DNA of 64,000 nucleotides from Nemertoderma westbladi (lineage: Eukaryota; Animalia; Xenacoelomorpha). A model generated the notes under the pieces. It did not search any database and was not told the origin of the DNA. It was given only the letters and a program-made list of their open reading frames with translations. The position numbers were made by a program, and so were the translations under genes. The stretch is taken from the NCBI GenBank assembly GCA_032718475.1, contig JAUCBJ010003629.1, forward strand, positions 21,485 through 85,484, read 5' to 3'. Shown here one piece after another: positions 22,368-32,173 of the stretch (position 1 is the first letter of the stretch; each line of letters begins with the position of its first letter).

Positions 22368-24546
22368 TGATAAACAACCGCGACCTCTATACTAACAGCA
22401 GAACTGTTGAACAGACCAATACCCGTTAATATCCTTCTGCCAACCTAATAAGTTCTCGTCTAACCAATAAGACACAAAGACTGCTCTACTGTTAAGTAAA
22501 GGGGCTCAGGAGCGTGATATTACTAAATTGTAAGGGTTGCTAAATACAAACCGCTACTTACCGTTAGATGGCGCTAATCTGCCGTCCGCTAATATATTTT
22601 ACTAAATTTACACAACTCCTGCAAAATCGCTTGTTCCTTTCTCTACCGATTGCTCGATAGAGAGCTAACTGTTCGAATCTATGAGCCACGCAGGAATAAC
22701 CAAAACAATAAACCCGAGTCGGCTCCCTAAGCTTACTTAAGACGAGTGCGAGAGGCCTTGCACTCAGAGTATTCTTACGCCTAATTCTATCACTATTAAA
22801 GCACGCTATTACCTACGTCTTTCTAATCGCGAATACTGGAGGTTCCCTAACGTAATGTGTGAATGCGAGAATATTTAAAATATCAAAATGGTACAGTATC
22901 TGTTTCTACGTGGATAATACCACTCCGAGTCTAAAACTGCCCGCGACTGGCTTTAGGCCAGCAAAATTACTAGCGTATCGTGCGTACCGAATAGTGCGTT
23001 CTAGCTGATTGCCCGCTAATGCAAATAACCGCTCAGCGTGAATAGTTTACAGTACACTAATTATTACCTTAGCTACTCTCCGCTATGCTGCGTACTAATT
23101 CTTAATTTTTTACTAATTAATTACAGTCACAAATATTTAACAGCGTACTAATTACTAAGAGTTCCAGAATACGTAATTCTAATTTATCACGCAACAGGTT
23201 TCGCTAGTAATAGCCTAAATTGCCGTATTACTTTGACCTAATCAATAACTAATTATTGTAACTAAGAAATAGAAATCAATCAAAGGAAAAAGAGCGCCTA
23301 TCTAAGCATTCGTAATCTTAGGCACACTTCAATAACACACCAATCAGCGTTAGAAATCACAGTTTACAATTGTGCAATTCACTACTCGTACTCCACACTC
23401 AACGTTGCAACACGCGCAGGCCTCTCCCGGGTACATCTAGGATTCCTAACTAACCCAATTCCTGCCCCCCTAATACTAAATAGAGACAAAACCTGGATCA
23501 TCAGCCCCCTAGATACTGTACCGGCGATCGGTCTGCGTGCCGCAGTGTAAGATACCCGCCCGCAACGGTGACCCTGGCCAGCGTTGCCCGCTTTGAATCC
23601 TCCGCTCTCTCCTAGTCGCTCAACCCCCCGATGCGCCCACCGCCCACTGGCACCTTAGCCCTCCATGATGCTAATAGCTACCGTAGCGGCGCATGCAAAT
23701 CACAAAGTCTGACAGTCTCAGGAATCCCTTGGGATTATTGCGCAGAAAAGAATCACATAGAACCATCAATCAAAGGTAGAAATCATAGTTCGATTGTAAT
23801 TTGCAGTAATCGAAGGAATTATTGAGAAACACAAGCAAAGTAATCGTACTAGCAAATCATTCCAAGAAATTAATCAAAATTAGCAAATTGCAGAAAATAC
23901 GATATCCTAATACAAAATTAGAGACAGCTCAGCAAGTAAATTGTAACAGGGGTGTGTCATGTGATAAGGCATGAACATATGAACAACAAAAGGCCCTACC
24001 GGCACACCGCCAATTTATAGATGATCCCGATGGGGTGATGCAATAAGGTGACTCAATCGCTCTCCCATTGGCTCTCCAGTCCATGCTAGCATTAAACCAA
24101 CCTGGAAGCAGTTAATCCAATAAGGAGACCGGATTGTAGCCCTATGCCCTCAAATTATTACCATATATGGTAATGGATCACGTCTCTGGCTGCTGAATGG
24201 CCAGGACAGCGTCCCTATATGCTAGCCCTATCAAACTAATATCAGCAAGCACAAAATCCAGGGTCCGAGTAAACTCGCTACCCTGGAACTATCTACATAT
24301 ATCCTAATACAAAATTACGTAGGTAGGGCTACATACTATACAAAATGAATGGATGCAAAATATATGGGCGTTTTAACTTCCTTACCTAAATGTCACCACA
24401 CTGCGCCTTATCTAAATAATTATACTGCACAACGGACTAATATTACGTACAGTATAACGGACTAATACTGCATACTGCATAATGGACTAATACTGCATAC
24501 TGCATAATGGACTAATACTGTGGATACAGCGCCATATACCGTAACA
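22368..24546 (-). repeat. 3' LTR of element 2
   Basis: Copy of 38664-40842 (offset 16296); about 6 substitutions found by eye. Confidence 0.96.
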
Positions 24547-26220
24547 CCGCTCCAAGGGAAATCATATAATGTTTCCCTCCAATTGTAGAAGAGTATAAGG
24601 TGATGTATACAAAACAAAATAAATTTCTTCCAACCAATCTAAATAACATAATAATTCTACTATTTACAAATATTGCCATAGATATTGCATAATGAATTAC
24701 ATACAAATTAAATTTACAAAATATTATCTCTCTCACTGTTTAACGATTATTACATACAAATTAAATTTACAAAATATTGTTTCTCGTTCATTCTTACTAC
24801 ATAATGATTACTACATACAAAATCAAATATAAAAATTTTGCTAGGGCAAGTGAAAGGAGTAAGCCAAACCCGCAGGTTTGTCTCCCCAATCACTTCCTTC
24901 GCCTCTTTCATAATATAAATTCAAATAACTCAACTAGTGTATCGCTTACGTCCTTCTGGGCTCCTCCCCGAGGCGCACCCACGAGGCGGACGTGTTTCCA
25001 CCACCCCTGGGGCCAGTCTGACTGATGTTATTATCAGACCGGGCCGGGGGATGGCCCGATGCTTCCCGGGTTCAATTTTCAATTCCCCGATCACACCGGC
25101 ACAGCTCGTCGAACGTGTAGCCAGATGGGCGGCTACTGTCAACTTACTGTGGCCTGACTGTACATTGAGCCAACTCAAAGTATAACAAAGAGTCAACCGG
25201 CAGGTGGACCAGTCGATAGCGATCAAGCACCAAGGTCACCCCTGGGCCTAACCGACGGTCTTGTCCCAAGTGGGCTTGCGCTACCCAACATTGGAATTTT
25301 GACACGTTTTCACCTGCCTCGCCGGCAGTATTGAGGGGACACCGTTCCTCAACAATACTGACTAGCTCGAAAGCTAGGAACAAGTAACCACTTACCCGTC
25401 CTGTACACGTGTACTCAACAGATGTTCACGAAATCAAGTACACTACGGTAAACACAAAATCTGACACATACCATGCACACACAGAGACAAAATCGGGTAA
25501 GACAAAATCGGGGTCAAATCAGAGGGGACAAAATTGTATCGACTCATAAGAGCCGAGAGTACCTTATTTTGCCGTCAGGGCAAAATAACTTTGTGTGCAC
25601 AAAGTATGCAAGGGCGCAGTAAAATATGGTCCTACTAATACCAGTGGCGACTGAGCCAACTGGCAAGGTTTCCCACACTCACTCGCAGTGGCCATACACA
25701 CAATCACGTGTACTCACGTACCCACAGCAACAGAAAACTCAAAGGCCCAAACAAATCCCAAAAACCAATCAGCTGAACATGGAGACAATAACATATAGTA
25801 TCAAAAAAACGGAACAGCTGATGGCCAAAGGAACCCATCCGAGCCCCAAGCAAACTGCCACTGATCGCCCACATACAAAACCACAGTTCACACCACATGA
25901 CACCACAAATCACACCATGCCACCACCCCTACTGTGTACAGGACTGGCAGTACGGCAACATGCCGACTAGACGGAACCACGGCACCATGGCAATTCATGG
26001 TTCGCTAGACACGAGGGCCATCAGTATCTCCCTTGCACTTAGACTAGTGTTTAACGTGCCCCCAGACCCTCACGAGTCCGCCGCCGCCTGTTACTCGCAC
26101 CCCTATAGAGACCTCACCTCTTTAGGTACGAGTCTAGTCGAAAATTTTCAAATGCTACAATATACATCAGAGCGACGATGATGTATATATCTAGAGTCTG
26201 TCGCCCTGTGCCATAATGTA

Positions 26221-29200
26221 TTATCGACCCGCTCCTGGGTTCTTTGGGCTCGCTCCTCTCTTTCGTCCCCTTCCCAGATACACTAATCTACCTCTAGTCG
26301 ACTCCGTTGACGGCGTCCGTGAGGCGTCACTCCCCGGAACCGACGACGACGTTCCCTGAGCCCCGACAGATTCTCGGCTCGAACTTCTCCCTCGGCCTCG
26401 TCCCAATTGTCGCGCTCCTGTGGTCGCTTCCGCCAACTCTTCCTTCTGCAGTTGCACACGCGCTTTCTCAGACGCCCCCTGCGCCTTGCGCTGCAACCGT
26501 TGAGCTTCTATAATGGAGTGGTAGTGGTCGTCCTTGACTTGACGCTTGTCTTGGACCCCTCCTCCTGGTTCCTTCCGCGAGCCTTGAGCTCCAGCGGTCG
26601 TCGCTGTGGTCGCTGCGATCCTTTGTTCCTGTATCCTCTCGGCGGTCAATGAACCCACTGGCACATGAGTCAACAAGAATTCGTTGCGGTATTGTATAGC
26701 CGCCATCCTCCAATCACCTCGCGCGCGTACCACTTTTCTAGTCTCCGTAAATACACCCTTCGTGATGCGATCGCAAATAGCAACGAAGTTCCATGTGTAC
26801 TTATTGTCCATGTTCAATTGTCTGAAGTATTCTCGGACTACGATAACTCCAGTGTTCTGTGGAAGGTCTTGAGCAGTTAGGATGAGCTCCTGATATTGTG
26901 GTAGCGATTGAAGATATGGCTCGTACGCAACATGCGATGGGTCTACCGCCCAAAACCCATATCCCGCTTTAAATGGTAACCAACGCATCTGCGCTTGAAT
27001 ATGGTAATCCGCCACACTCTCCCACTTATCTAACATCTCCCGAAGTAGGTTAGCGCTATGGTTTTGAAAGGAATCATCTCGCAGCTGACATCTCGCGCTA
27101 CGATGTCCTTTTACTCCACAATATCCACATTGAGAAATGAAGACGGTGCACGTGTGAAACGAATGGTCGGTCTCATTGCACCAACGACAGACCTTATGCG
27201 CCGCCTCTATTACCGCGTCGCACGACTTTAGATTGTGCCTTGTGCTGCCGCACAATTTGCACCTACGCGCTTGTGGAAACCAGGCCCTCTCGTATATGAG
27301 GTCTCCAATCGGTTTCGCACTTCCTTCCTTCCCAATGTCTAATACGATGTCGTCCTCTCCGGTCAACGGTTGTCGATCCGGAACAAAGTAAACATCCTCG
27401 CCCTTGTCCTCTATCTCCAATATTTCCTCCCGCGTTCGTTTCGGATATGTCTTCTCCACCGGAAGATCTACTCCGAACACCTCTACTAACGTTTCCGGCC
27501 AGCCCTCCTTAACAGGTCTATCAGCCTCCGAGTGGAAGGGAGTACCAAACCCGCGGGTTTGATTCCCGAACCACTTCTCCAAAGCTTCTGGCGTCGGATA
27601 TTCCATCGACGGTCGGTCTCCCAAATCTCCGATGTTCTGTCGATATACTCCTTCGAATATCGCTAATCCTCTCCTCACCATCGACGTATTCTCTAACGAT
27701 TGGTTGAAGAACTGGGTTAAGAAACGCTTCATCATGTCGGATTGGATTCCCCCTTTCGAGCGAACGTATTGATCTCCTCCGAATACCAATGGATGACGCT
27801 TCAAAACTCGCGCAACGATATCCGCTAATAAACAAGTCACCGTGTTCGACTCAAGCACCAAATAATATTGTAGCGACGCACGGGGTGGCGCGCAAATGTT
27901 CCAATACACTAACGCTTGCCGCTTGAAGTGGGATTTGAACTCCGCTCCCGGTGGCGTGTTGTATTCGCCATACGCCTCCTCATACTTCTTTTGCGTCTTT
28001 AACTTAAAGTCCCAATTATACAACAAGTGTGCTATAAAGCCCATACCAGTCTTGGCAGAGTTGGGATACTCCCTATAAATTCCAATATCCTGTGCCCATA
28101 GCAACAATAGCTTGGTGTCGACAAACGGTCTCGGCAATCTATCTTCCAGATCAGTCATGGCGTTGAAGTCGCTCTCCAAATCGCTCTGGACTCCCGATCC
28201 CACCTTGACGTAATCTTGGTTGAGAATAGCCTCTCTAACTTTCTTTGGTAACATCCTGGCGTCGATACGCTCCGCTCCGTGCATACCTCCTCGCCTGCAT
28301 ACCTCCAAAATCTGTTCCCTAGGATCCTTCCCCTTCCGATATTGTGTCGTTATGATGGGCTCCGGTCTCTCTCGATCCGCCCTCACACGCATAAACACAT
28401 GAGTCACACCATCGGCCGCACGAATTTGAATACACTTGCTGGTCAAACATTCCTGATGGGACCCTCCTTCATTGTCGTAGAACATCACTCTCCAATCTTG
28501 CAGTGATTCCTCCGTTTTCCTCCACTGACGCTGAATCTCATCTGATGGGGTCCACATGCGCTCGATCGCCTTGTGGTCATCATATCGGGTATAAGAACCC
28601 TTCCTCCTCAGCCACGTCTGGTCTACTTCCTCGTCATCTGGGAATGTAGCCACCGCGACCCATACCTTGATGTACTTATCCAACCATCCGAATAGTTTGC
28701 TCTCCTTCCCCGGAGCTCCAATCTTATCTAACGTGTCGTAATCTGTGATCTGCATTGGGACATCACGCAAGAACTTCGCGCATAAAACTTCCCGTAGACA
28801 GTCAACGTTCCAATGGTCCGCCATTCTTACCATCGGCAAGAATCGTATCGCTTCTCGCGACTCCGGATGATCTACTAATATCGCAGGTTCGGTGCCGTCG
28901 GAATAATACACCGGTCCGGGTTGAGATACGACCTGTGGAACAAATCCGGTCACTCTCCTCGTCTCCTCTTGATGTCTATCCGCGGTCTTATTATACTCCG
29001 CTATCCTGTTCTCAAATAACTCTTTCGCCTTCGCCGCTCGCTCCTCCTGCCGCAACGCGTCTATGTCGTCCTGATGCTCAGGCGTGAGGCTTCTCACTCG
29101 GTGAGGTGAAGTAAACGTAGTCCAGGGACTCGAGAGCTCCAAACCCGCGGGTTTGGTACCCGAGTCCCGCGCCGCTTCGCGCCGCGCCTCTAGATCCTTA

Positions 29201-29928
29201 TAGGCTCGGTACAGCGAAATGGCCGCTGCCGTCTCTATCAAACTGGGTGTCGAACAGGGTTTAATCTCCGTATACGGATCTAATGTCGTAACGGTCGGCG
29301 TAATGGGTCTCGGAGGTCGCTTTCCGCTGAAGTCGATACTGATCATCGGGTTGCTCATCGGGTAACCTCCCTCGTTGTATCTAAGGAATTGGTGAGCTGG
29401 ACATCGCGTTAATATCGGTTCCGGATGTTGCTCGTCTAATCGGTCGGGAATCGCCATGTCCTGTTTATTCATGCATTCACCACACTTGTAGAAGAGCTTG
29501 TATACGCTGAAGACTTTCGGCGTCTCCTGATCCTCGCCTCGAGTCCTCCGATACAGATGCATTCCGTCGAACTGGTCTCGGACTGCAGGTAGAGGCTCCT
29601 CGTGTCGTAAATACATATTCATATGGTATAGTCGTGCGATTTCCTCGTCCGGATCTGCGCTAATGTCACACACGTCCAAAGCGAAGTCGTAGGGATACCG
29701 CGTGCGATACTCTCTCCGCAAGACTTCCATCCGGTCCCCCAACGCTCTCATTCTTTCTCTCCGTAATTCTTTATCATAACTTGGTTTATACTTCCCGTTC
29801 AGCTCCATCACAGACCGCCCATGGTAGTAAACGTTAGAGTCTTTACATCCTGGTCGCGTGAATGGTAGCTCCGCCTCCTCTCTGGCAGTAAATCCTCTGC
29901 GCGGTTGCGCTCTAATATCCCTCTCCAT
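26221..29928 (-). CDS. Accessory protein of element 2: DEDDy-type 3'-5' exonuclease-like domain, triple zinc knuckle and RG-rich tail (1235 aa)
   Basis: Intact ORF between integrase and 3' LTR; FYDNEG, LPKKVREAILNQDYVKVGSGVQSD, FVDTK, GMGFIAHLL, WN...LQYYLVLE; CKLCGSTRHNLKSC, CRWCNETDHSFHTC, CGYCGVKGHRSARC. Confidence 0.85.
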   Translation of the reverse strand: MERDIRAQPRRGFTAREEAELPFTRPGCKDSNVYYHGRSVMELNGKYKPSYDKELRRERMRALGDRMEVLRREYRTRYPYDFALDVCDISADPDEEIARLYHMNMYLRHEEPLPAVRDQFDGMHLYRRTRGEDQETPKVFSVYKLFYKCGECMNKQDMAIPDRLDEQHPEPILTRCPAHQFLRYNEGGYPMSNPMISIDFSGKRPPRPITPTVTTLDPYTEIKPCSTPSLIETAAAISLYRAYKDLEARREAARDSGTKPAGLELSSPWTTFTSPHRVRSLTPEHQDDIDALRQEERAAKAKELFENRIAEYNKTADRHQEETRRVTGFVPQVVSQPGPVYYSDGTEPAILVDHPESREAIRFLPMVRMADHWNVDCLREVLCAKFLRDVPMQITDYDTLDKIGAPGKESKLFGWLDKYIKVWVAVATFPDDEEVDQTWLRRKGSYTRYDDHKAIERMWTPSDEIQRQWRKTEESLQDWRVMFYDNEGGSHQECLTSKCIQIRAADGVTHVFMRVRADRERPEPIITTQYRKGKDPREQILEVCRRGGMHGAERIDARMLPKKVREAILNQDYVKVGSGVQSDLESDFNAMTDLEDRLPRPFVDTKLLLLWAQDIGIYREYPNSAKTGMGFIAHLLYNWDFKLKTQKKYEEAYGEYNTPPGAEFKSHFKRQALVYWNICAPPRASLQYYLVLESNTVTCLLADIVARVLKRHPLVFGGDQYVRSKGGIQSDMMKRFLTQFFNQSLENTSMVRRGLAIFEGVYRQNIGDLGDRPSMEYPTPEALEKWFGNQTRGFGTPFHSEADRPVKEGWPETLVEVFGVDLPVEKTYPKRTREEILEIEDKGEDVYFVPDRQPLTGEDDIVLDIGKEGSAKPIGDLIYERAWFPQARRCKLCGSTRHNLKSCDAVIEAAHKVCRWCNETDHSFHTCTVFISQCGYCGVKGHRSARCQLRDDSFQNHSANLLREMLDKWESVADYHIQAQMRWLPFKAGYGFWAVDPSHVAYEPYLQSLPQYQELILTAQDLPQNTGVIVVREYFRQLNMDNKYTWNFVAICDRITKGVFTETRKVVRARGDWRMAAIQYRNEFLLTHVPVGSLTAERIQEQRIAATTATTAGAQGSRKEPGGGVQDKRQVKDDHYHSIIEAQRLQRKAQGASEKARVQLQKEELAEATTGARQLGRGRGRSSSRESVGAQGTSSSVPGSDASRTPSTESTRGRLVYLGRGRKRGASPKNPGAGR

Positions 29929-30685
29929 TATGTTACGCGTATATACATATATATATATCCCAATAAGTGCCGTTACGTAACCAACTACACTGTGGGTAAA
30001 TCAGTTAGATGTCGCCGAAAGACAGACCTCCCGAACCCCCCCGCCTTCCAGCAGTTCAGGTTCGACTCTCTAGATCCCGTCTCTTCCTAACTAACTATCC
30101 TCTAACCTATTCCCATGCATAGCGCAAAAACTTTGGAGATAAACTGGCCGTGACCAACTCACTTTTTGATGCCCAAACTACTCCCATTACTCGTACTAAA
30201 CTACAGTAGTTAGAAAGGACCATAGCCACAATACTCGACTATACCAAACCCACAGGTTTGATAATCGAACATCACACATCCTGCAAACTACTGAGTGGGG
30301 TCCGTGCACGCCTCTGGTGCTACTAACCTTTAGCACCTTAGTTGCACTGTTGGCACCAATCTGTGGAAGTTGCTAAACTCAATTTACACTCCTACGTAAT
30401 ATAGCCGTCACCATGGTTTCTAAATGCTATTTTCCAGGCTTCACGACTTTTCAAATTACTGTTTATCTATAGACGAATTCAAAAACGCGTCTATACACAG
30501 CGTCTGGAATTGTCTTGGGTTCACTTCTAATTTTTAAAATTTTAAATTTTCCAAAATTTTTGAAAATAAAATTTTGTTTTGATACCCACCAGACAAAACT
30601 CAACGCAAATCACCACAACCCCGCTCCTATGCATTTCCTTGTATTTGCATACGAGGAATGCATACGAAGTGAGTTGCGTCCAACA

Positions 30686-32173
30686 CTAATTCAGTTTTGA
30701 GGCAGGAGACAAATTATAATCTCCCGTCTCGATACGTGTCTCCTCTAATAACACGATATCTTGGACCGGTCGGTCCAAGGTGTGTAAACCATTAGTTTTA
30801 CACTTTTTTGGGTGCGGACACTTGCACCTAATTTTCACAGTGACTGTGCGCACTATGTTTTGCACGTCTGGGTGTGTGTGCAAGATCACTCCTGTCTCCC
30901 AATACTTTCTCTTGACAATGGGTTCGGTTATCAACACGTAATCTCCCCTTTGGAGACTCCGAACCGTTTTGTACCACTTTGTTCTGGTGGATATGGTGGG
31001 AAGATAGTATTCCCGCCAATATTCCCAGAATGTGTACGCCACTAACTGTGTTACTTTCCAGCTCTTACGACTATATAGGTCGGCACTAATGGGTTCTGAT
31101 GCCGGCACAAGAAATGCTGGACTCTGCATTAGCAAATGATTCGGCGTTAATGCAACACCGTCTGGCAACATAGCTATCGGCCTCGAGTTTAATGTATGCT
31201 CGATTTCAATGAAAGCTGTGACCAGTTCGTCGTCGGTAAGTTGTTTGTTCACAGGCAATGTTTTGGCAATGGCCTGCTTTACAGAGCGAACTAAACGCTC
31301 CCAACTTCCTCCTCTCCAAGGACTTTCTGGAGTATTAAATCTCCACTCTACTCGTTGCGGCAAAAGTGCTGCAGAAATTTCCTTATTCTGTGCTGCTTTA
31401 TGAGCCACGTTCAACTCGCTATTCCCTCCGACAAAGTTTGTACCCTTATCGGAGTAGAACGCCTTTACTAGTCCTCTCCTGGCCATAAATCTCTTTAAGG
31501 CCAGGAGCAGAGATTTAGTCGACATGTCTGCCACACGCTCGATGTGTATGGCTCTACTCGCCATACATGTCAGTAGCAGACCCCATCGCTTGTGGGTCAG
31601 CCGTCCACTCTTTGCTTCAATCGGACCAAAACAGTCCACCCCTGTGTTCATAAAGGGTGGGTCATATGCCTGTACTCTCGCTTCCGGGAGTTCAGCCATC
31701 TCCTGTTCCAATACTCTGGCGTTCACTCTCTTGCAAACCAGACAGGCGTCGTACATAGTGCCTACTGCCCTGCTTGGCTGCAATAGAATGAATCGCTGTC
31801 TCGCTGCCGACAAACAGTGTAACCTTCCCGCGTGATGCAACCTCTTATGTATATCCCATAGAATCGCTCTTTGCAATTCCATTGGGTGACTAGGGATTAT
31901 CACTGGGAACCGAAACTGTGAGTTTATGTCGACAGTCTGGATTCTCGATCTATGACAAATTAAACCCTTATGGATTAACGGACTCCATTTTCTAAGGGGT
32001 TTATAGAGAACTGGTCGTTGAGCCGATAATAGATGGAATTCTTTCGGGAAGGCACACATTTGATAATGTTTCAAATGCTTTAATTCCGCTTGATCAATCT
32101 CATCCTCTGTCAGAGGTTGTTTCAATTTCCGAATTCGCTCACTATTGGTGCTCAATGGTTCTCTCAAATGTTT
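30686..32173 (-). CDS. Integrase part of Bel/Pao pol (in frame with RT-RNase H after a single TAG)
   Basis: HHCC finger (IHKRLHHAG...CLVC), DDE motifs GVDCFGP, YSDKGTNF, GSWERLV, and the Pao C-terminal FWEYWREYYL. Confidence 0.95.
   Translation of the reverse strand, partial: KHLREPLSTNSERIRKLKQPLTEDEIDQAELKHLKHYQMCAFPKEFHLLSAQRPVLYKPLRKWSPLIHKGLICHRSRIQTVDINSQFRFPVIIPSHPMELQRAILWDIHKRLHHAGRLHCLSAARQRFILLQPSRAVGTMYDACLVCKRVNARVLEQEMAELPEARVQAYDPPFMNTGVDCFGPIEAKSGRLTHKRWGLLLTCMASRAIHIERVADMSTKSLLLALKRFMARRGLVKAFYSDKGTNFVGGNSELNVAHKAAQNKEISAALLPQRVEWRFNTPESPWRGGSWERLVRSVKQAIAKTLPVNKQLTDDELVTAFIEIEHTLNSRPIAMLPDGVALTPNHLLMQSPAFLVPASEPISADLYSRKSWKVTQLVAYTFWEYWREYYLPTISTRTKWYKTVRSLQRGDYVLITEPIVKRKYWETGVILHTHPDVQNIVRTVTVKIRCKCPHPKKCKTNGLHTLDRPVQDIVLLEETRIETGDYNLSPASKLN

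Noticed and set aside
26221-29928. env gene
   Set aside because: No evident signal peptide, transmembrane anchor or fusion-protein pattern; motifs fit a nuclease and zinc knuckles
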